From an uncultured virus (IMG/VR IMGVR_UViG_2802429268_000001) (lineage: Duplodnaviria > Heunggongvirae > Uroviricota > Caudoviricetes), in the IMG/VR virus record IMGVR_UViG_2802429268_000001: 64,000 nt of DNA. One strand, 5' to 3'. The notes under the pieces were generated by a model. It was not told the DNA's origin and did not search any database. It saw nothing but the letters and a program-made list of their open reading frames with translations. Below, piece after piece: positions 18,219 to 25,731 of the stretch (position 1 is the stretch's first letter; the number at the start of each line of letters is the position of its first letter). The translations under genes were made by a program, and so were the position numbers.

Positions 18219-19210
18219 CAGTGAACGCCGTCGATCAAGTCGTGACCGATCGTTATGCGATCTACCAGGGCGACGCCTGCGAGCTCATCCGCGCCGTTCC
18301 TGGAGACAGTGTGCACTTCGGCATTCACTCCCCGCCGTTCGAGGGACTGTACAAGTTCTCTAACTATGATCGTGACATCAGCAACAACGACGGGCCGGCA
18401 TTCTGGGAGCATTACGCCTTCCTGATCTCCGAGCTCTTTCGCGTCACCCGTCCGGGCCGCATTCATTCCGTTCATTGCATGCAGCTTCCCACGAGCAAGA
18501 CGCGGCACGGCTTCATCGGCATGCGCGACTTCCGTGGCGAAATCGTCCGGGCCTACGAGGACGCTGGCTGGATCTTCCATTCCGAGGTCTGCATCTGGAA
18601 AGACCCGGTGATTGCGCAGCAGCGCACCAAGTCAATCCGGCTTTTGCATAAGCAGATCACCAAGGACAGCACGATTAGCGGCATGGGACTTGCTGACTAC
18701 ATCGTCAGCTTCCGCAAGCCGGGCGACAACGAAAACCCGGTCTCCGGCATGTTCGATCGCTGGTCTGGCGACGAGAGCCTCGACATCAGCCGAGAGGCAT
18801 ACGATCGCCACCGGAAGCAGACCGAGGCAGAGGGCCGCAAGGCATGGCCGTTCGAGCAATGGCGATCGATCCTCGTTTGGCAGCGTTATGCCTCGCCCGT
18901 CTGGACGGACATCAACCAGACGAACACCCTGCAATATCGCGCCGGCCGCGACGAGAAGGACGAGCAGCATATTTCCCCGCTGCAACTGGACGTGATCGAG
19001 CGTTGCCTTGATCTGTGGTCGGCACCCGGTGAAACCGTCCTGACGCCGTTCCTTGGCATCGGCAGCGAGGTTTACAGCGCGGTCAAACTCGGCCGCAAGG
19101 GTATCGGGTTCGAGCTCAAGCCGTCCTATTTCCGCCAAGCGGTCAAGAACATCGCCGAGCTCGACAAGGCGGCGACCGACAGCCTCTTTTCAATGGCTGG
19201 TGTGGCATGA
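18215..19210 (+). CDS. DNA N4/N6 methyltransferase (beta class)
   Basis: HSPPF and TPFLGIGSE motifs. Confidence 0.9.
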   Translation: MTVNAVDQVVTDRYAIYQGDACELIRAVPGDSVHFGIHSPPFEGLYKFSNYDRDISNNDGPAFWEHYAFLISELFRVTRPGRIHSVHCMQLPTSKTRHGFIGMRDFRGEIVRAYEDAGWIFHSEVCIWKDPVIAQQRTKSIRLLHKQITKDSTISGMGLADYIVSFRKPGDNENPVSGMFDRWSGDESLDISREAYDRHRKQTEAEGRKAWPFEQWRSILVWQRYASPVWTDINQTNTLQYRAGRDEKDEQHISPLQLDVIERCLDLWSAPGETVLTPFLGIGSEVYSAVKLGRKGIGFELKPSYFRQAVKNIAELDKAATDSLFSMAGVA

Positions 19211-20685
19211 ACGCCCACGCGAGAGACCTATCCACCGAGGAAAGGGCGATGCACTCGGGCACACAGCGCGAGTTGCCCGCCAATCTTGACGCAGAGTGCG
19301 CGCTGATCGGCGCGGTACTCGTCAACAATGCCGCATTTGACGTACTGCCCTCTGGATTCGAAGCCCGACACTTCTTCGAGCGACTTCACGTCGAAATCTG
19401 GGAAGCGATCTGCGAGATGCGCAAAGCGGGCCGGATCGCGAATCCGGTCACCGTCAAGATGCTCGTCCCCGAGGGCCAGGTCGGGACGATGACCGTGGCG
19501 CAATACCTGGCGCATCTGGCATCCAATGCGGTCAACGTCGTAAGCGCTCCCGATTACGCGCGAGCGATCATGGACTGCGCCGCCCGGCGCGCCTGCATCA
19601 CGCTTGGCGAGAAGCTGGAGGATGCAGCCTTCTCCAGAGACATCGAGATCATGGATCAGGTCGACGCGCTCCGGGTGCGGTTCGATGAAGTCGTGAGGGC
19701 TCTCAATGGCGAGCAGCGGGCAAAGACGCTGGCCGATGCAGCGAAGCGGGCTTTGGCTTCAACCGCAGACGCCTACCAGGGCAAAGGCGTGGCCGGCGTC
19801 GACTACGGCCTGTCATGGCTGATGAACATGATCGGGCCATTCCTTCCGGGCCAATTGATCATCGTGGGCGGTGCGACCAAGCAGGGCAAGTCGACCCTTA
19901 TCGAACAGATCATTGCCGGCGCCGCCATCAACGGCCATGCGGCATGGGTGAATTCCGGCGAGATGAAGGACGAGGAACTGGCGCATCGGGCGCTGTCCCG
20001 GCTCACCGATATCCAGGCATGGCGGCAGATCCGCGGCAAGGTCTCCGATCAGGAATATGAAAAGCTGGATCAGGCCCGCCGCAATGCCGAGACGTGGCAA
20101 GACCGGGTTTATATCCGCGACGACTCTATGACGCTCCGGCAGATCAAGCGCGAGATTGCCGACTTCTCCAAGCGTCACCCCGGCGGCATGGCCGTAGTTG
20201 ACCATATCGGCCTCGTGGAGCGCGAAGCGGGCCAGACACGCATGAGTGACGCGGAATTCGCGCCGCTCGTCACGCGGTCTCTGAAGATGGCTGCAGGGGA
20301 ATGCAATCTGCCGATTGTCGCGGCGGCCCAACTCAAGAAAAACACCTTCGAGATCACCGACCGCAACATCAGCCGCAAGACCTATCTGGCCGCGATCAGC
20401 CGCCGGCCGAAATACGGCGACATCTTCGGCTCCTGCGAGAAGGACGCCAACCAGGTGATCATTCCCTTCCGGGCCGAAACCATCCTGACCGAGCTCGAGC
20501 CGGCCGAACAATCCGATCTGCATCCAATCTGGGAAGAGGTCATGTCGACGGTGAAGGACAAGGCGGAAATCGTGCTTGCGCTCTCCCGCCATACGAGATG
20601 GCCGCAACGCCGCGAAGTAGGGTGGGATGGACCGCGGACGATGTTCACCGACCTGCAGCAGACCGCGCAGACGAGGATGCTCTGA
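19207..20685 (+). CDS. DnaB-like replicative helicase
   Basis: DnaB N-domain (NLDAECALIG), Walker A GATKQGKS, VVDHIGL, EKDAN. Confidence 0.88.
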   Translation: MNAHARDLSTEERAMHSGTQRELPANLDAECALIGAVLVNNAAFDVLPSGFEARHFFERLHVEIWEAICEMRKAGRIANPVTVKMLVPEGQVGTMTVAQYLAHLASNAVNVVSAPDYARAIMDCAARRACITLGEKLEDAAFSRDIEIMDQVDALRVRFDEVVRALNGEQRAKTLADAAKRALASTADAYQGKGVAGVDYGLSWLMNMIGPFLPGQLIIVGGATKQGKSTLIEQIIAGAAINGHAAWVNSGEMKDEELAHRALSRLTDIQAWRQIRGKVSDQEYEKLDQARRNAETWQDRVYIRDDSMTLRQIKREIADFSKRHPGGMAVVDHIGLVEREAGQTRMSDAEFAPLVTRSLKMAAGECNLPIVAAAQLKKNTFEITDRNISRKTYLAAISRRPKYGDIFGSCEKDANQVIIPFRAETILTELEPAEQSDLHPIWEEVMSTVKDKAEIVLALSRHTRWPQRREVGWDGPRTMFTDLQQTAQTRML

Positions 20686-20990
20686 TGAACCTCGCCGAAG
20701 CAAGAGGCGTCCTAACAGCCAAAGGATGGAAGGGCGAATACCGCCTCGTCTGGAAGGCCAAGCACGAGCCTGTCCGGTTTCTCCGCAACGACGGGAAGCC
20801 GGGACCGATCATGTATTTCACGTCCGAGGTCGAAGCCGAACTCGTGGCGTGGCGGCGCAAGAGCCAACTCGAGCAGCCCGTCATGGTTCGCAGTGGCGAC
20901 AAGCTGGCGGCGCACAAGGCCGAAGCCGAGCGGGTCTTCAAGCAGAAAGGCAGCGCATCCCCGAAACCAAAGCAAAGGAGGTCCGCATGA
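20685..20990 (+). CDS. Hypothetical protein
   Basis: Coupled ORF. Confidence 0.65.
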   Translation: MNLAEARGVLTAKGWKGEYRLVWKAKHEPVRFLRNDGKPGPIMYFTSEVEAELVAWRRKSQLEQPVMVRSGDKLAAHKAEAERVFKQKGSASPKPKQRRSA

Positions 20991-21301
20991 CGTGCAATTT
21001 CTACGTCGGGCAGAAGGTTGTCCTTGCCGAACCCTATGGTGCCGACGCCATTATCAGAGCCACGATAAACGGTGATGTTCTCCCTTCTCCGGAAGTCGTT
21101 TATACGATCCGCCGTATTCGGCCGCCGTTTGAGGGCATCGTTTTCATCCTGCTCAACGAATTGGTCAACCACACCACGCCTGGGACGGACGACGAGGCAT
21201 CTTTCAACGCCGCCCGCTTCCGCCCCGTCGTCGATCGCAAGACCGACATCAGCGTTTTCACCGACATGCTGACCGAGCAGAAAGCGAAGGTGGACGCATG
21301 A
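20987..21301 (+). CDS. Hypothetical phage protein
   Basis: FYVGQKVV...KTDISVF; GGAGG RBS. Confidence 0.7.
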   Translation: MTCNFYVGQKVVLAEPYGADAIIRATINGDVLPSPEVVYTIRRIRPPFEGIVFILLNELVNHTTPGTDDEASFNAARFRPVVDRKTDISVFTDMLTEQKAKVDA

Positions 21302-21882
21302 ACCTGCATGTTCCATCCCCTGCCGAGATCACCGCCCGTCGGGCAAGACTGATGGGCTCCGGCCGGGTCGTCAACCTTGCTGTCAAGCCGAAGGAGCAGC
21401 AGCCGAAACGGCCAGACAGCCCCGCAGACGCGCATGTGAAGGCGTACCGGGAATTCATGGCCAAAGTGGCCGAATGCCCATCAGCGTCCTCGTATGTGCG
21501 AATGCGATGCAAGATGTCTGATCTGCCGCACGCCAAAATCGTAGACCCAAAGATCAGGGCGTACCCTGTAGTCGTCGCGAGGCGTCAGCTAATCAGGGAG
21601 GTGAAGGCGCGATACCCGCAGATGAGTTCGGTTCGGATCGGCTGGCTGTTCGGCGGCCTTCACCATTCCGCCGTGCTCGACGCCTTTAAGGGAGAAGCCC
21701 CGAGGTGGCAGGGCATCCCCGCAGATAAGGTCGAAGAGATCAAAAGGCTGCGATCGAAGGGGCTCACCTACCCGCAGATCGCAGAAGCAGCGGGGGTGAA
21801 TAGGACGACGGTTCAAAAGTATCTGAACCCTGGACTCCGCGAGCGCGAGAACTTGCGCCGGAGGGAGAGGGCGAAGCGATGA
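21298..21882 (+). CDS. DnaA C-terminal-like HTH plus second HTH protein
   Basis: VVARR...SSVRIGWLFGGLHHSAVL; GLTYPQIAEAAGV. Confidence 0.7.
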   Translation: MNLHVPSPAEITARRARLMGSGRVVNLAVKPKEQQPKRPDSPADAHVKAYREFMAKVAECPSASSYVRMRCKMSDLPHAKIVDPKIRAYPVVVARRQLIREVKARYPQMSSVRIGWLFGGLHHSAVLDAFKGEAPRWQGIPADKVEEIKRLRSKGLTYPQIAEAAGVNRTTVQKYLNPGLRERENLRRRERAKR

Positions 21883-22091
21883 CCGTCACCTTTGAATTCC
21901 CGACCAGTGCGGCCGACAAGGATCGTCTGATAGCCAAGCACAAGCGCAAGGGCCTGCAATGGGTATCGTCGGCCTATGTCGACGGCCGGATGCGGATGAA
22001 GTTCAAGCGGGCCAAGCATTTAGAGAAGCCGAAGGTCATCCCTTATGCGGGCTATGCCAACAACGGCGGACGGGGAGAGTGGGAGCGATGA
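21879..22091 (+). CDS. Hypothetical protein
   Basis: ATGA overlaps. Confidence 0.6.
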   Translation: MTVTFEFPTSAADKDRLIAKHKRKGLQWVSSAYVDGRMRMKFKRAKHLEKPKVIPYAGYANNGGRGEWER

Positions 22092-22315
22092 CCGGCGACC
22101 ACGAACCCATCGCGATCGGCGACGAGGTGCGGATGAGAGACGGTCGCACCGTCGAGGTCAAGAGCTTCGATCGCGCGACCGGGCTCTATGCAGTCACCGG
22201 CCACCCGGTCTTGATCCTTCTCTATCGCCACCAGTTCACTCCGCTCAAATGGGAAAACGACGTGATCGGGGTGACTGGCATCGGCGTATGTGCCGCAGGA
22301 GGAGCAGGGCAGTGA
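22088..22315 (+). CDS. Hypothetical protein
   Basis: ATGA overlaps. Confidence 0.55.
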   Translation: MTGDHEPIAIGDEVRMRDGRTVEVKSFDRATGLYAVTGHPVLILLYRHQFTPLKWENDVIGVTGIGVCAAGGAGQ

Positions 22316-22731
22316 TCGACCCGCGTGTCAAAGCCCTTTGCGAGGAAGTCGGCATCGAGTGCATCGAGAGCACGGCCTATCCCCGCATCGGGCAGACGCG
22401 CGCGACCAACACCATTCGCCGGATTATCGAGCGATACGGCGAAGAGCATGCCCGCCTCGTGCTGACCACCTTGGCGGAGACGGAAAACAACAAGGCTGCA
22501 GTCGACGAGGTAGGGCTATGGATGGCCTCGGACATGGTGCGGGTATTCCATGCCGAGATAGAGCAGGACGCCTCTCTGTGGCTATCCCTGTGGGACAGGA
22601 TGCCGATCGGATATCTGCAGTACCTCGCCCAGGGGCTGCGCGGGACAGTAAAGCAACGTGACGCCCTATCAGGCATGGTTTATGAACGGCTCCGTCGTGT
22701 CTATGGCGAGCCACAAATCGGAGAGCTTTGA
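22312..22731 (+). CDS. Hypothetical phage protein
   Basis: GTG start, GGAG RBS. Confidence 0.7.
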   Translation: MIDPRVKALCEEVGIECIESTAYPRIGQTRATNTIRRIIERYGEEHARLVLTTLAETENNKAAVDEVGLWMASDMVRVFHAEIEQDASLWLSLWDRMPIGYLQYLAQGLRGTVKQRDALSGMVYERLRRVYGEPQIGEL

Positions 22732-23360
22732 TGACGCCAGAGGAAATCGAAGAGCTTTTCATAAGAGGCGCGGAGATCGACCGGCGCTTGCCCGACACCG
22801 CCCGCCCGGCACGCCTCAAGGCCCAGGCCATGCCCTATGTCCATGACTTCGACGACATGCTCGGATGGGGAACAGACCGTCTCATCGAAGAACGGCAAGC
22901 CTTCTGGGATGCTAGATCGACGAGGATGCAGACCAAGGACGTGGCGATTTGGGAAGAGTGTATGAACCTGATCGTCCTCGTCAGCAGGGAACGCGACCGG
23001 CGATGCCTCTGGGCCTGGTCGCGATCGAAGGCCGGCGGAATGCCTTTCAATCGCTGGTGCAAGGATATAGAACACATCCATCGGAACTACGGGAATGAGT
23101 GCCGGCGGCGTGCATCGACGGAAATAACGGCCCATCTTCTTCGTAACGCATTGATCGATATACACAATTCAGAAAACAGCGCCTTGCAAGACACCCCGGA
23201 AATCGGCGATAAAAGTGCCAACATCGGAGAGACGCGCACCTACTCATGGATGGCGCCGGACGCCTTCACCAGAGAGATGCAGCCAGAGGCGCAAGACTTC
23301 ACTTGGGCCAATCTCCAGAACGAACGCCGCCGCCAGCGCCAAGCGAGGAAGGCGGCATAG
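22731..23360 (+). CDS. Putative late-gene regulator (Q-like position)
   Basis: Last early gene before the late region; function inferred from position only. Confidence 0.5.
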   Translation: MTPEEIEELFIRGAEIDRRLPDTARPARLKAQAMPYVHDFDDMLGWGTDRLIEERQAFWDARSTRMQTKDVAIWEECMNLIVLVSRERDRRCLWAWSRSKAGGMPFNRWCKDIEHIHRNYGNECRRRASTEITAHLLRNALIDIHNSENSALQDTPEIGDKSANIGETRTYSWMAPDAFTREMQPEAQDFTWANLQNERRRQRQARKAA

Positions 23361-23365
23361 AGATC

Positions 23366-23470
23366 GGGGCCTTTGGCAAGCAGCCAGCAGCGGGGTTGAT
23401 CGCCCGACTTTGATCCTCTTTACAGGGGTCATGAGCGAAAAGGCGCGGGCAGAACGCGCGGGTTCCACCA
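23366..23470 (+). ncRNA. tRNA-like RNA with Ala-type acceptor stem and tmRNA-like T-loop
   Basis: GGGGCCT pairs with GGGTTCC-A-CCA (G3:U70, A73); T-arm GCGCG-GGCAGAA-CGCGC; no canonical anticodon arm. Confidence 0.7.
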
Positions 23471-23542
23471 ATTCGCCACATAGGTGGCAGCAAAGGCGTG
23501 TGGTCCACCAGCCCTCCGAACGTGTGGACATCTGGCCCGGCA

Positions 23543-23595
23543 TTTACGCCTGATGAAGCCGAAAGGCAGAAACGGACTTAGGTTCGTCGCGTGGA
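23543..23595 (+). ncRNA. Type I hammerhead ribozyme
   Basis: TTTACGC-CTGATGA-aGCCgaaaGGCa-GAAA-CGGACttagGTTCG-TC-GCGTGGA. Confidence 0.85.
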
Positions 23596-23743
23596 GTAGC
23601 CCCAGCCGGGGAATAACTGGCTACCTAGGGAGGGCGCCAATTCGCGGCAATGCCTCACCGAGATCGGGAAGCGAGTGCCATAAGGGCCTATCACAGCCGG
23701 TTTCCGGCGTGGTGACGGATCATGCCCCGGCTTCCTGAACCCA

Positions 23744-23817
23744 TACCGGTTAGCTTAGTGGTAAAGCGTCGGTCTCCAAAACCGATTACGTGGGTTCGAT
23801 TCCCGCACCGGGTGCCA
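23744..23817 (+). tRNA. Phage tRNA-Trp(CCA)
   Basis: D-arm GCTTAGTGGTAAAGC, anticodon arm TCGGT-CTCCAAA-ACCGA, T-arm GTGGG-TTCGATT-CCCGC, 3' CCA; acceptor stem imperfect. Confidence 0.85.
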
Positions 23818-24009
23818 ACAAGACCCGCTCCGCCTCTCACAGAAGCGCACCGTTGCGGGTTACTCATCAGGACCGCGGCGGAGTGATGGCAAGTAGCCGA
23901 AGCGGCAGATAGCGGACGCCGGAACTGCGCCGGAAGAAGCAAACACCGCACCTCAGAGGGTATCGGTCCCGTAGGCGAATATACCGGACTGCCCGTCCTG
24001 ACAATCACA

Positions 24010-24043
24010 GCCCGTCTCTGTTCGCAGGGGCGGGTTTTCGTTT
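24010..24043 (+). terminator. Rho-independent terminator
   Basis: GCCCGTCTCTG-ttcg-CAGGGGCGGGT then TTTCGTTT. Confidence 0.75.
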
Positions 24044-24072
24044 GAGTGCATCAGTCACGAGGTGGGATCTTT

Positions 24073-24855
24073 ATGCTTCTGCTTGGTGACTGCCTCGACG
24101 TTATACGAGGCATGGATGACGGCTGCATAGACCTGACTGTCACGTCTCCGCCCTACGACAATCTGCGCACCTATAACGGCACGCTGAACGATTGGACGCC
24201 TGAGAAGTGGAAGGCGATCATTGCTGAACTGTACCGCGTCACCAAAGAGGGAGGCGTGGTTGTCTGGGTGGTTGGAGACGCCACGGTCAAGGGAAGCGAG
24301 ACTGGCACCAGCTTTCGTCAGGCGCTCCACGCGACGGAATGCGGGTTCCGGCTGCATGACACGATGATTTATGAGAAGCAGAACCCGGTTCCTTATCATC
24401 ATAACCGTTATCAGCCATGCTTCGAATATATGTTTGTATGGAGCAAGGGAAAGCCAGAATCGTTTAACCCCATCATGGTCCCTTCAAAAGGCCTTGTGGG
24501 CGGCTCAAAGCAGAGGCTAGCCGATGGGAGAAGCGTTGCATTTAATTCAGGCGGGGCGGTTCATCCGCACAAGTACCGAACAAGTATTTGGACTTATTCG
24601 GTAGGGAGCGACAGATCTGGACATCCTGCGGTATTCCCAGAATGCCTTGCGCGCGACCACATTCTAAGCTGGTCGAACGAGGGCGATACGGTCTTCGATC
24701 CGTTCCTTGGATCGGGAACGACCGGGAAGATGGCTCTGGTCCACGGTCGGAAGTTCATCGGCATCGAGCGAGATCCGATCTACTTCGAGATAGCGAAGAA
24801 GCGTATTGCCTCATGCCCAAGCCTCAATGGCGTCCCGGCTGGTTCGGACCAATGA
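24073..24855 (+). CDS. DNA N4/N6 methyltransferase
   Basis: VTSPPY, HPAVFP, DPFLGSGTT. Confidence 0.92.
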   Translation: MLLLGDCLDVIRGMDDGCIDLTVTSPPYDNLRTYNGTLNDWTPEKWKAIIAELYRVTKEGGVVVWVVGDATVKGSETGTSFRQALHATECGFRLHDTMIYEKQNPVPYHHNRYQPCFEYMFVWSKGKPESFNPIMVPSKGLVGGSKQRLADGRSVAFNSGGAVHPHKYRTSIWTYSVGSDRSGHPAVFPECLARDHILSWSNEGDTVFDPFLGSGTTGKMALVHGRKFIGIERDPIYFEIAKKRIASCPSLNGVPAGSDQ

Positions 24856-25016
24856 CCGGCAAGCCGAAGCCAGGGAAATAGTTTTCGCAGGAGCGGACAT
24901 CTCACCCGAGTCAACCGACACTTGGCACAAGGCCTTCACTCGTGGCTGTAGAAGCCAGCGCGCCGCTCCGGGGTGGCATTCCCTTCATGAACGCGCTGAA
25001 GTGGGCAAGTCGGGAT

Positions 25017-25235
25017 TCAACGCTTCTTCTCTGCCTTTTCAAGCTTCTCGTCCATCTTGGCCAAGCGGTCGCGCAACAGGGTCTGGTCTGCTCGAGCAAT
25101 CGCGAGGTCGTTCTGATGCGCCTCTTTCCTGGCATCTGCGAGAAGCCGGCGCTGTTCACGGTAACGCTCGGCAGCCTCCTCGTTCGAGGCAGTCCAAGCG
25201 CGGACCTTCGCACGAAGCTTTGAGATAAACGACAT
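25017..25235 (-). CDS. Antisense coiled-coil small protein (moron)
   Basis: GGGGG RBS; coiled-coil composition. Confidence 0.6.
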   Translation of the reverse strand: MSFISKLRAKVRAWTASNEEAAERYREQRRLLADARKEAHQNDLAIARADQTLLRDRLAKMDEKLEKAEKKR

Positions 25236-25260
25236 GATGACCCCCTTCGAAGGTTAACTG

Positions 25261-25731
25261 ATGCCCGTCCTAAAGAACGCGCGGCACGAGAAGTTCGCCC
25301 AGGCGCTCGCCAAAGGCAAGACGGCGACGGATGCATATGCGGCCGCCGGGTACAAGGGCGATCGAACCGCCGCATCGCGGTTGTCAACAAATGTCAACAT
25401 CAGTCGACGTGTTGAAGAGATACAGGGCAGGGTGGCCGAGAGGGCCGAATGGACGGCCGCTGACAGGCTTTTAGCCCTCAAGACGATATTCGATGCCGCC
25501 GCAGAGAAAGACGCGCGTGTGGCCATCTCTGCCATTGCTGAAGCGAACAAGATGCAAGGCAGCTACGCGCCGGCCAAACGCGAGATCACGGGCGCCAACG
25601 GCGGCCCGATCTCAACAGTCGATCTGACCAACGTGAGTGCTGATGACCTCGAACGCCTCGAAGCTCTCTTTGGTCCGCTTGCCGGTGGACCCGGCGGCGA
25701 TGATGAGGGCGATACGAGCGGAGAAGGCTAG
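25261..25731 (+). CDS. Terminase small subunit
   Basis: LKNARHEKFAQALAKG...AGY; EITGANGGPI. Confidence 0.9.
   Translation: MPVLKNARHEKFAQALAKGKTATDAYAAAGYKGDRTAASRLSTNVNISRRVEEIQGRVAERAEWTAADRLLALKTIFDAAAEKDARVAISAIAEANKMQGSYAPAKREITGANGGPISTVDLTNVSADDLERLEALFGPLAGGPGGDDEGDTSGEG

Noticed and set aside
23366..23470. Full tmRNA (ssrA) or an att remnant of it
   Set aside because: No tag reading frame or coding piece nearby, and the acceptor stem is self-contained; kept only as a TLD-like mimic
23744..23817. Phage tRNA-Trp as an att site for the neighbouring island
   Set aside because: Its 3' half differs substantially from the host tRNA-Trp; only the anticodon arm is shared
23940..23995. Twister-like ribozyme (CGGTCCC)
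   Set aside because: The other conserved twister elements and pseudoknots could not be found
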